From the NCBI GenBank assembly GCA_965206595.1, contig OZ242214.1, positions 4,928,001 to 4,992,000 of the forward strand: a stretch of DNA of 64,000 nt. The letters run 5' to 3'. Made by a program: the position numbers and the translations under genes. The stretch is from Candidatus Latescibacterota bacterium (GTDB lineage Bacteria; Latescibacterota; UBA2968; UBA8231). This document shows positions 44,704 to 53,230 of this stretch, in pieces. Under the pieces are notes generated by a model. The model worked only from the letters and a program-made list of their open reading frames with translations. It did no database searches and was not told where the DNA came from. Position 1 is the first letter of the stretch. Each line of letters begins with the position of its first letter.

Positions 44704-45514
44704 TCCTCTAGCCCCTCTGGTGAACGTAACGATTATTTATTGGTGAAAAAAAATTGTGCCCGTTTTCGCGGAGCATTGAATTCGGTAATGGACTGCCTTT
44801 TCCACCCGCAACTCCTCGACATTCAGAATTTCACCTCTTTTTTGGCTCGCGCAACGTCACGATACACCCGCTCCATTGTCTGTCGCTCTCTTGTACGGCA
44901 ATTCCGCCTGATGTTCAAAACAATAAGGACTCCTACCGTAACATCCAAGTAAAATCGACCCGGGGAAGCGAAAACCCGGCCACCCCCCCGGCTGTCAACG
45001 CGGCGAGTGAGGTACGGCCCGGTTTCCGAAAGCGATCTGCGCAAGCGTATTGTCCAGCTTGAGCAGATTGTGGAACAACTGACGGCGCGCATTGCCGAAA
45101 ATCGTTGACGATTCCTACGTGAATATGGAGGAATTTTTATGGCTTTCCTTTGTCGTTTCCTTTAGGCGATTCGTCAGTATGGTTTATTGTGGATGGCGAC
45201 AAGAGCGGTGGCTTCTTAGGATTAGATGATATTAGTATGCATGCAGAAAGCGCAGTGGTATACCGCGGTCGCAAGGACATATAGTGCTGAAATGACAGCA
45301 ACGTCACCTTGGTAGATATAACGACTCAGAAGAAGGGTCAGACCCAATTAGCCCTGACAATTGGTTAGGTTATTCGGCCCCGATGCGTCTTACGGTCTAA
45401 ACTATGTCTACGAAAACCGATCTGTGGGCTAGTGGAATTCTTCTGGCCGCAGACGGTCGCACCGATGACATCGCCGTTGGAAGCGTTACTTGACTCCTCC
45501 GTATAAACCCCATT

Positions 45515-45860
45515 AGGGGTATCCATTTAACTGGACCCCGCCATATAAATTTGAGCGAAGAAACGAAATATTGGTTTTGGCGGCGGTTCTTCTCAGAATC
45601 GGCAAACCAATCCAGGCTCATTCTGTTCGGGCAGCCTTCGCCATGGCATATCCAGGGGATCCTCGGGTCGACGGTGTGTGCTGGGGTGACGGTGTCGGCA
45701 TTCTTCGCGGAACGGGGCGTATCGTGGAAGATCTCGACGAGGGTAACTGGACGCCAAGCCGGGCTGAACGATTCAAAAACTTGAATTTAGAGGGCTGCCC
45801 GAACAGGAAGCGAATAAGATTATTGCCCTCCTGTGCCAGTCCTCTTAAATGGATACCCCT
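45515..45860. mobile_element. 346-bp non-autonomous element nested in the MITE
   Basis: Perfect 16-bp TIR AGGGGTATCCATTTAA/TTAAATGGATACCCCT. Flanking direct repeat AAACCCCATT (45505-45514, 45861-45870). Internal 14-bp IR at 45623-45636/45793-45806. Confidence 0.85.
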
Positions 45861-45904
45861 AAACCCCATTTTGAGGATGTTCAGCGATTCAGCACATTAG
45901 AGAA

Positions 45905-45952
45905 CCACTATATATTGGCTAACGAAGACAACGCATACACTATATGTTGTAT
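45905..45952. promoter_or_regulatory. Tandem NrdR-box-like sites
   Basis: ccaCtAtATaTtGgct (45905) and acaCtAtATgTtGtat (45937) match acaCwAtATaTwGtgt, with 32-bp start-to-start spacing. Confidence 0.6.
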
Positions 45953-46109
45953 GACAAACCGGGCATTCTGAGCGAGGTAGGGTTTTTACGAGAGAATCTT
46001 ACTTGATTCTCTCGTAAAAACCCCTCTCTCACAGCCCCGATAATCAGGGATTCTTGGTATATTGGTGTATACCAATCCGTCACACACTTCCTCTTTACTG
46101 GATGGGCTG

Positions 46110-47795
46110 ATGTTTCGCAAGAAGGATTCGCAACGCACCCTGTTCGAGAGTCGCAACCTGGTGCCTGCGGCCAAGCGGCGGCGCCTGCAGGCGAGCTGGG
46201 CGGAGACCTTTCGTACGCGCGCCTTGCCGCTGATCGATGAAGCGCAGTTCGCGCCCTTGTATTGCGACGACAACGGTCGTCCCAACCAGCCGGTGGCGAC
46301 GGTCTTGGGCGTGCTTCTGCTCAAGGAGATGTTCGCTCTGACCGACGCCGAGGCGCTGGAGCAGCTGGAGTTCAGCCTGCTGTGGCAGCACGCCCTGGAG
46401 CTGACCCCGGACGAGGCCCACCTGGCGCAAAAGACGCTGCATAACTTCCGCGCGCGCTTGCTGGCCCATGACCGCGGCCGGCAGGCCTTCGAGGCGACCA
46501 CGGATGGCATTCTGCAAGCGTTGGGTACGAAGGTCACCCGGCAACGTCTGGATTCCACCCACGTGATCAGCAACATCGCGGTGTTGTCGCGTCTGGGGCT
46601 GTTGTGTGAGACCCTCCGTCACTTTCTGAAGACCCTGGCCGCGGAGCATCCGCGCCTGTACGGGCGGGTGCCGAAGCGCCTGCGCGAGCGCTACCTGAAG
46701 GAGGACGGCAGCGCCACATCCTACCAGGACGCGCCCTCCGGCACGGGCAAGAGGCGGTTGCCGGTGTGCGCCCGCGACCTCTACCGTCTCCATCAGCTGT
46801 GTGCGGGCACCGCGGCGGAGGGCCTGGCATCCTACGCGCTGCTGCAGCGCCTGCTGTGGGAGCAGTGTGAGGTGATCGCGGACAAGCAGCGCCCCTCGAC
46901 CGAGGACGACGACGCCGGCGAAGGCGGCGTGCCGGTGGTGCTGAAGGCGCCTGAGAAGGTCGGCAGCGACTCGCTGCAAAGCCCCTATGATGCCGAGGCC
47001 ACCTACCACGGCCGCAAGGGCAAGGGGTATGAGGTGCAGATCGCCGAGACCTGCGTCGAGACTGACGACGACCAGACTGACGACGACCAGACCGACACCG
47101 TGAACAGGATCACCCACGTAGCGGTGACCGATGCCTGCGCCAGTGACGAGCACGCGACGATGCCGGTGCTGGAGGCCCTCGAAGAGCGCGGGCAACGACC
47201 CGACGAGCTGGTCGCCGACACCGCCTTCGGCTCCGGCGACAACGCCGTCCACGCCGAGCGCCTGGGCACCGAGTTGGTCAGCCCGGTCAAAGGCCCGCAG
47301 GTCGACGTCGAGGAGCGCCCCGATACGGTGACCGAAGCCGACTTCCTCGTCGAGGCCCGTCTCCGGGATCCGGCCATCTGCCCGGCCGGATACCTGGCCC
47401 GCGAGCAGACGCCGTGTGAGAAGAAGTCCCATCACGTGACCCTGACCTTCGAGCGCGAGGGCTGCGAGACCTGCGCCCTGCTTTCCGTCTGCCCGGTGCG
47501 GCCGAACCAGGACGGGGACGGCTACGCCGTAACCGTGGACCTGAAAGCCGTCAACCTCGAACGCCGCCGCCGCGCCATCGCCAGCGGCGCCTTCCGGGAG
47601 CGCTATCGCATTCGCGCCGGCATCGAGGCCACGGTCTCGGAACGGAAACGAAGACACGGGCTGGGCGCCCTGCGCGTGCGCGGGCGTTGGCGCGTAGAGC
47701 TGGCCGTCTACCTCAAAGCCCTGGCTTGCAATTTCAAGAGAATGGTGCGGGCGCTTACGCCCAAACCCGAAGCCATAGCTCCGGCGATGGGCTGA
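46110..47795 (+). CDS. Transposase (IS1182/IS5-like: DUF772-type N-terminus + DDE)
   Basis: NGRPN, QRLDST, SPYDAEATY, LVADTAFG, C..C.L...C and YRIRAGIEATVSE.KR motifs. Confidence 0.9.
   Translation: MFRKKDSQRTLFESRNLVPAAKRRRLQASWAETFRTRALPLIDEAQFAPLYCDDNGRPNQPVATVLGVLLLKEMFALTDAEALEQLEFSLLWQHALELTPDEAHLAQKTLHNFRARLLAHDRGRQAFEATTDGILQALGTKVTRQRLDSTHVISNIAVLSRLGLLCETLRHFLKTLAAEHPRLYGRVPKRLRERYLKEDGSATSYQDAPSGTGKRRLPVCARDLYRLHQLCAGTAAEGLASYALLQRLLWEQCEVIADKQRPSTEDDDAGEGGVPVVLKAPEKVGSDSLQSPYDAEATYHGRKGKGYEVQIAETCVETDDDQTDDDQTDTVNRITHVAVTDACASDEHATMPVLEALEERGQRPDELVADTAFGSGDNAVHAERLGTELVSPVKGPQVDVEERPDTVTEADFLVEARLRDPAICPAGYLAREQTPCEKKSHHVTLTFEREGCETCALLSVCPVRPNQDGDGYAVTVDLKAVNLERRRRAIASGAFRERYRIRAGIEATVSERKRRHGLGALRVRGRWRVELAVYLKALACNFKRMVRALTPKPEAIAPAMG
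47061..47096 (+). repeat. 15-bp tandem duplication inside the transposase (TDDDQ x2)
   Basis: ACTGACGACGACCAG ACTGACGACGACCAG ACCGAC. Confidence 0.8.
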
Positions 47796-48062
47796 AAAAG
47801 GGAACGGAGGTCCCTTTCGGTGCCGGAAAAAGGCCTGATAAGCCCGATTCGAGGCCATCGGACGATAGAGCGCTGAAGCCGCTTACATAGCGGCGCATTC
47901 CCGATTCTTTTTCCTGTGGGTGAAACTAAGGTTTCAGAAAAAATCTCTGCCTTGAAAACGGGGTTGTTACGAGGGAGTCTTACTTGGGCCCGAATCAAGG
48001 CCAGCCTGTCGGAATAGCCGAACGTCGATCGGGCACCGCCCCCGGGGGTGCCGCCGCCACCC

Positions 48063-49460
48063 TTATTCCGCTTCCTTCACCGCGTTGACCAGATCGACCA
48101 CCGCCTCCCTGGCGCTGCCGAAGTACATCAGCGTTTTGTCGGCCGCGAACAGCGGGTTGGCGATGCCGGCGAAGCCCGGGCTCAGGGAGCGCTTGATCAC
48201 CACCACGGTGCGCGCCTTGTCGACGTCGAGGATCGGCATGCCGGCGATCGGTCCGGAGTCCGCGACCCGGGCCACCGGATTGACGACGTCGTTGGCCCCG
48301 ATAACGAGAACGACGTCGGTCTGCGCGAAGGTCGGGTTGACGAGGTCCATCTCCTTGAGCTGTTCGTAGGGAACCTCGGCCTCGGCCAGGAGCACGTTCA
48401 TGTGGCCCGGCATGCGCCCCGCTACCGGGTGGATGGCGTACTCGACCTCGATGCCGCGATCCTCCAGCAGGCCGGCGAGATCGCGCACCGCGTACTGGGC
48501 CTGGGCGACCGCCATGCCGTAGCCCGGCACCACCACCACCCGCCGCGCCGTGTCGAACAGCATCGCCACCTCCGCCGCAGACGTCGACTTCACCCTGCCC
48601 TCGTAGATCTCGTCGTCCCCTCCAGCGACCGCGGCCCTGGCGCCGACCCCCCCGAAAAAGACGTTCCCCAGCGAGCGGTTCATGGCGCGGCACATGATCT
48701 GCGTCAGGATCACCCCCGAGGCGCCGACAAGTGACCCCGCTATGATGAGGATATTGTTCTGCAGCACGAAGCCGGTCGCCGCGGCGGCGAGGCCGGAGCA
48801 GGAGTTGAGAAAAGCGATGACCACCGGCATGTCGGCGCCTCCGATGGCGACGACGACCGCGGCCCCCAGCAGGCTGGCCGCGGCCGCCAGGACCCAGTAT
48901 GCGTGCGGGGACGACGGCTCGGCGACGACCCAGGCGGCGGCGGCTACGGACGCAGCCCCGAGGAGGGCGTTGAGAAGCTGCCGGCCGGGAAACAGCAGGG
49001 GGGTTCCCGCCATCAGCTCCTGGAGTTTGGCGAAGGCGATGACGCTGCCCCAGAAAGTCACCGCGCCAATCAGGCCGGAGGCCGCGGTGGCTACCGTGAA
49101 CTGCGCCGCCGGTGCCGCCTGCGACAAGTTGCTCTCGGAGAGGGCCGCACCGGCGACCAGCACCGAGGCAACGCCCCCGAAGCCGTTGAACAGCGCCACC
49201 AGCTGCGGCATCGCCGTCATCTCGATGCGGACGGCGAGCACCCCGCCGACCAGGGCGCCGGCGACCACCCCGGCGAGGATCAGCTCGAAGCTGAGGATCT
49301 GGCGGCTCAGCAGCGTCGCCACCACGGCAAGCAACATGCCGCACGCCCCCAGCAGGTTGCCGCGCACCGCGGTGCGCGGATGGGTGAGCCCCTTGAGGCC
49401 GAGGATGAAGAGCACCGCGGCAACGAGGTAGGCGGCGGCGATCAGCGTCTCGAACGGCAT
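48063..49460 (-). CDS. pntB: NAD(P) transhydrogenase subunit beta
   Basis: MTAMPQLVA, IGGADMPVVI, VPGYGMAVAQAQ, HPVAGRMPGHMNVLLAEA and GANDVVNP motifs. Confidence 0.97.
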   Translation of the reverse strand: MPFETLIAAAYLVAAVLFILGLKGLTHPRTAVRGNLLGACGMLLAVVATLLSRQILSFELILAGVVAGALVGGVLAVRIEMTAMPQLVALFNGFGGVASVLVAGAALSESNLSQAAPAAQFTVATAASGLIGAVTFWGSVIAFAKLQELMAGTPLLFPGRQLLNALLGAASVAAAAWVVAEPSSPHAYWVLAAAASLLGAAVVVAIGGADMPVVIAFLNSCSGLAAAATGFVLQNNILIIAGSLVGASGVILTQIMCRAMNRSLGNVFFGGVGARAAVAGGDDEIYEGRVKSTSAAEVAMLFDTARRVVVVPGYGMAVAQAQYAVRDLAGLLEDRGIEVEYAIHPVAGRMPGHMNVLLAEAEVPYEQLKEMDLVNPTFAQTDVVLVIGANDVVNPVARVADSGPIAGMPILDVDKARTVVVIKRSLSPGFAGIANPLFAADKTLMYFGSAREAVVDLVNAVKEAE

Positions 49461-49464
49461 GCTG

Positions 49465-49746
49465 TCAGGAACGGCGCTTGAACATGCCGAGCATGCGGTG
49501 GGTGACCAGGAACCCGCCGACGACGTTGACCGTCGCCAGGACCACCGCGGCCAGCCCCAGCCAGACGGCCAGCTCGGTCCGCTGCGAACCCGCCGAGAGC
49601 AGGGCCCCGATCAGGGTTATCCCCGAGATGGCGTTCGACCCCGACATCAGCGGCGTGTGCAGGGTCGGGGGGATCTTGGTGATGATCTCGAAGCCGACGA
49701 AGACCGCCAGGACGAACACGGTGACGGCTGCAACCAGGGATTCCAT
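49465..49746 (-). CDS. pntA: NAD(P) transhydrogenase subunit alpha part 2
   Basis: LHTPLMSGSNAISG and NVVGGFLVTHRML.MF motifs. ATG after AAGGAAGAA. Confidence 0.95.
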   Translation of the reverse strand: MESLVAAVTVFVLAVFVGFEIITKIPPTLHTPLMSGSNAISGITLIGALLSAGSQRTELAVWLGLAAVVLATVNVVGGFLVTHRMLGMFKRRS

Positions 49747-49754
49747 TTCTTCCT

Positions 49755-50966
49755 TTATCCGTCGCCTTTCGCGGCGGCGGGCGCCTCCGGCTCCGTTGCT
49801 CCGGGTTGCCCGGCGGGGGTCGGACCCATCGCTTCGAGGACGCGGTCGCTGACGACACGGCCGCCGCGGGTGACCAGGGTGGCCGCGGTGATCTCGTCGG
49901 CCGGGTCGAGGTGCAGCCGGCCTTCGTCGTCGAGCAGGTGAGTCAGGAATGCCGCGAGGTTGTGGCTGTACATCTGGCTGGCGTGGTAGGGCACGGAGGC
50001 CGGCAGGTTGGCCGGCCCGAGGATGCGGACGCCGTAGCGGTCGACGGTTTCGCCCGCCCGCGTCAGCTCGCAGTTGCCCCCCCGTTCCGCCGCGAGGTCG
50101 ACGATTACGGAGTGCGGCGCCATCGCCTCGACCGCCTGCCGCGGAATCAGGACCGGGGCCTTGCTGCCCGGCACCGCGGCGGTGGTGATGACGACGTTGC
50201 AGCCGCCGACGACCTCGCTCAGGGCTTCCTGCTGGCGCCGGTAGAAATCGGCGTCCCGGGCCCGGGCGTAGCCGCCGGCTCCCTCGGCGTCGCCGGCCGC
50301 GACGTCGAGCTCGACGAACTCGGCCCCCAGGCTCTCGACCTGCTCGCGCACCGCGGGGCGGACGTCGTACCCCATGACCACCGCGCCGAGCCGCTTCGCC
50401 GTCGCCAGCGCCTGCAGCCCCGCCACCCCGGCCCCTATCACGAGCACCCGCGCCGGCCTGACCGTGCCGGCGGCCGTCATCATCAGGGGGAACATCCGCG
50501 GCAGCTCCGCGGCGGCCAGCAGCACCGCCTTGTATCCTGAGATGGTCGCCATCGACGACAGCGCGTCCATGCTCTGGGCCCGCGTCGTGCGCGGCATCAG
50601 CTCGACGGCGAGCAGGAGGGCGCCGGCCGCGGCCACCGCTTCGATGGCGCCGTGCGCCTCCAGCGGCTCGGCGAATCCCAGCACCGCCTGATTGCTGCGA
50701 AGCATCTCGAGGTCGCCGCCTGAGGGATTGGCGCCGTGGGTCCGTACCTGGAGGATGGCATCGGCGCCGGCGAAGACCTCCCTGCGCGAAGCTGCGATCT
50801 CCGCGCCCGCGGCGGCGAATTCCTCGTCGGTGAAGCCGGCGCCGGCGCCGGCGTTGGACTCGACGACCACCCGCACCCGTTCGACGAGGCAGGATACCGA
50901 TTCGGGCGTCAGCGCGACGCGCCGCTCCCCCGCAAAGGTCTCCGCGGGAACGCCGGCGGTCAGCAA
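49755..50966 (-). CDS. pntA: NAD(P) transhydrogenase subunit alpha part 1
   Basis: GERRVALTP, RAQSMDALSS, GAGVAGL and DLAAERGGNC motifs. TTG start at 50966 inferred. Confidence 0.95.
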   Translation of the reverse strand: MLTAGVPAETFAGERRVALTPESVSCLVERVRVVVESNAGAGAGFTDEEFAAAGAEIAASRREVFAGADAILQVRTHGANPSGGDLEMLRSNQAVLGFAEPLEAHGAIEAVAAAGALLLAVELMPRTTRAQSMDALSSMATISGYKAVLLAAAELPRMFPLMMTAAGTVRPARVLVIGAGVAGLQALATAKRLGAVVMGYDVRPAVREQVESLGAEFVELDVAAGDAEGAGGYARARDADFYRRQQEALSEVVGGCNVVITTAAVPGSKAPVLIPRQAVEAMAPHSVIVDLAAERGGNCELTRAGETVDRYGVRILGPANLPASVPYHASQMYSHNLAAFLTHLLDDEGRLHLDPADEITAATLVTRGGRVVSDRVLEAMGPTPAGQPGATEPEAPAAAKGDG

Positions 50967-51257
50967 GGCGGCTCTTCCAAGGATCTCGGGGGATGCCCGG
51001 GGGAAACCGGGGACCTGCCGCGGAGGGCAGGGCGCCCATACAGGGGGCCTTGGGTCCTGAAACAATGGATTGCCGGCAATCCGGCCCCCGAAGCGCCCGG
51101 TTCCCAAGGCCCCCGAGAATGGCCTGCAGGAGATGTCCGGCCGAAAAGCAGGATATGGTTGGGGCAGGACGCCGAAGCCAGCTGTGTCAGGCCGCCCCGA
51201 CCGGCCTCCCGCGCCAATGGTGCGCGGAACCGGCTCCCCCGAATGCTCGGGGGAAAT

Positions 51258-51557
51258 TCAGCGATGAGCGGCAAGTTTGTCGTGGTACTTCTTGAGCTGG
51301 GTGCCGACGTGATCGGAGGCGTCGCTGATCGACTTGAACAGGTTGTCGTCGTCCGATTCTCCCCTGCCTACGAGCTTCTGCTGCGGAACCTTGACGATGA
51401 TTTCAACCGCGGTGCCGTGCCTCGCGCGCCTTTCCAACACCACCTCGCAGTCGACGATGCGGTCGGAGTAGTGATCGAGCTTGGCGCATACCTTTTCGAT
51501 ATGCTCTTTCGTGGAGTCCGATACAGTAGTGTGTCTGGCGGTGATTTTGACTGGCAT
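51258..51557 (-). CDS. raiA: Ribosome hibernation factor / ribosome-associated inhibitor (short HPF)
   Basis: ITARH..V....K.HI..K..KL, LF.SI..A and QLKKYHDK motifs; 99 aa. Confidence 0.88.
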   Translation of the reverse strand: MPVKITARHTTVSDSTKEHIEKVCAKLDHYSDRIVDCEVVLERRARHGTAVEIIVKVPQQKLVGRGESDDDNLFKSISDASDHVGTQLKKYHDKLAAHR

Positions 51558-51828
51558 CGCATCTCCTTTCAGTGACCGCGCAGGGTCCGCAAGTCGGAAA
51601 TTCCAAAGATACCGACGCCGCAAGACGGGTCAACAACGCCATCCCGAACCCGTGTGGCCAAACGCATTCCCGGAAAAACATGCGGCCTTTCTGAAAGGAA
51701 GGGGATCGCTAAACTGCAGGCGAAGGCGGGCTGACGCCCGAGCTCCCTGCCCGTCGGAATCGGATTCGCGGTTTTCCGGCGGTTCCGCCCTGCGCGATCG
51801 ATCCTGCCGGCGCTGCCAATCTGCAGCC

Positions 51829-51861
51829 AAAAAAAGCCTCGCCCCCTTGCCGGGACGAGGC
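51829..51861 (-). terminator. Rho-independent terminator of gltA
   Basis: Minus strand reads GCCTCGTCCC-GGCAA-GGGGGCGAGGC-TTTTTTT. Confidence 0.8.
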
Positions 51862-51888
51862 CTGGAAATCGGGCTCGCATCGGGTCCC

Positions 51889-53178
51889 TCAGGAGCGCTC
51901 GTCGAGGGGGAGGTAGCGTTGGTCGACGGGGCCGGTGTAGACCTGGCGCGGCCGGTGGATGCGCCCCTTGGTGAGGAAGCGGTCCTCGTACCAGTGCGCG
52001 ATCCATCCCGGCATGCGGCCGATGGCGAATATCGCCGTGAACATCGACTTGGGAATGCCGAGGGCCCGCAGGATGACGCCGCTGTAGAAATCGACGTTGG
52101 GATAGAGCTTGCGCTCGATGAAGTAGTCGTCCTCCAGGGCCGCCGCCTCCAGCTCCTGGGCGATGTCGAGCATGGCGTCCCGCTTGCCGAGGCGGTCGAG
52201 GACGATCTCGCACTGCTGCTTAATGATCGTGGCGCGGGGATCGAAGTTCTTGTACACGCGATGCCCGAACCCCATGAGCCGGATGCCGGCGGTCCTGTCC
52301 TTGACCTGCCGCACGTACTCCCTGACCGGGATCCTGCTCTCCATCAGGTTTTCGATCATGCTGACGACGGCGACGTTGGCCCCTCCGTGCAGCGGGCCCC
52401 ACAGGGCGCTGACCCCGGCTGCCACCGCGGAGAACAGGTTGCCGCCGCTGCTGCCGACCATGCGCACCGTGGAGGTGCTGCAGTTCTGTTCGTGATCGGC
52501 GTGCAGGAGCAGCAGGACGTCGAGGGCGCGCTCCTCCTCGGGATCCGGCTCGTAGTCGTTGTACGGCTGGGTGAACATCATGTGCTGGAAGTTGGCGATG
52601 TACTTGAGGTCGTGCCGCGGGTAGGGCATGTTGTGGCCGAGGTTCTGCTTGTAGGAATAGGCGGCGATGGTGCGCACCTTCGACATGATGCGCGCCGTGA
52701 CTTCCTGGAACACGTCGACGTCTTCGACATCGAGCAGCTCCGGGTAATAGCAGGCCAGGGCGCTGAGCACCGCCGACAGCACCGCCATCGGCGGGGATTC
52801 GGGAGGGAACAGGGTCATGTGATGGCGGATCTGCTCCCGCAGCATCGCGTGCTCACCGAGCAGCGTTCTGAACGACTCGAGCTTTTCCCGGGTCGGCAGC
52901 TCTCCCCAGATCAGGAGATAGGCCGTTTCGATGAAGCTGCTTTTCTCCGCCAGTACCTCGATCGGGATGCCCCGGTACCGCAGGATCCCCTGCTCGCCGT
53001 CTATGTAGGTAATGGAGCTGCGGCAGGAGCCGGTGTTGCCGTACCCTTCGTCGAGGGTGATGTACCCGCTCCGTGCCCTCAGGGCGCCGATGTCGACAGC
53101 GCGTTCCCGCTCGCTGCCTGTCACTACGGGAAGGTCGATTTCCTTGTCATCCAGTATGAGTCGGGCGGTATCCGACAT
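51889..53178 (-). CDS. gltA: Citrate synthase (type II)
   Basis: HADHEQNCST, GPLHGGAN, MGFGHRVYKNFDPRA and YPNVDFYSG motifs. Confidence 0.97.
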   Translation of the reverse strand: MSDTARLILDDKEIDLPVVTGSERERAVDIGALRARSGYITLDEGYGNTGSCRSSITYIDGEQGILRYRGIPIEVLAEKSSFIETAYLLIWGELPTREKLESFRTLLGEHAMLREQIRHHMTLFPPESPPMAVLSAVLSALACYYPELLDVEDVDVFQEVTARIMSKVRTIAAYSYKQNLGHNMPYPRHDLKYIANFQHMMFTQPYNDYEPDPEEERALDVLLLLHADHEQNCSTSTVRMVGSSGGNLFSAVAAGVSALWGPLHGGANVAVVSMIENLMESRIPVREYVRQVKDRTAGIRLMGFGHRVYKNFDPRATIIKQQCEIVLDRLGKRDAMLDIAQELEAAALEDDYFIERKLYPNVDFYSGVILRALGIPKSMFTAIFAIGRMPGWIAHWYEDRFLTKGRIHRPRQVYTGPVDQRYLPLDERS

Positions 53179-53230
53179 GAGATCTCCTGTGGTGGGGGTT
53201 TCAGCAGGGCGGGGATTTTAGCCCGCTGAT

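Larger units (their letters stand above)
45492..45998 (-). mobile_element. MITE cognate to the adjacent IS1182-like element (151 bp once the nested insert is removed)
   Basis: Flanked by TTACTT at 45486-45491 and 45999-46004. One end is identical over 19 bp to the IS left IR. The other (GACTCCTCCGTATAAACCCC) resembles the IS right IR (GACTCCCTCGTAACAACCCC). Confidence 0.85.
46005..47979 (+). mobile_element. IS1182-like insertion sequence, complete, 6-bp TSD TTACTT
   Basis: IRL GATTCTCTCGTAAAAACCCC and IRR GGGGTTGTTACGAGGGAGTC. TTACTT at 45999-46004 and 47980-47985. Confidence 0.88.
45369..48017 (+). pseudogene. 3' remnant of a paralog of 11230-12153, interrupted by MITE + IS
   Basis: Joining 45419-45491 to 47986-48017 gives DLWASGILLAADGRTDDIAVGSVTWARIKASLSE*, versus DLWAGGILIEAGGTEDSAVTGVSWARIKASLSE*. 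Upstream LFG is in another frame. Confidence 0.85.

Noticed and set aside
45272-45287. Third NrdR-like site (minus strand GCACTATATGTCCTTG)
   Set aside because: Misses the conserved G and has no partner box 31-32 bp away.
46054-46075. TTGGTATA-N6-TATACCAA palindrome inside the IS left end
   Set aside because: Plausibly a transposase promoter or operator element, but no factor can be assigned; not treated as a separate finding.
48063-50966. Split pntA as a frameshift/pseudogene
   Set aside because: Three-subunit transhydrogenase (alpha1, alpha2, beta) is a normal known arrangement, and alpha2 has its own RBS.
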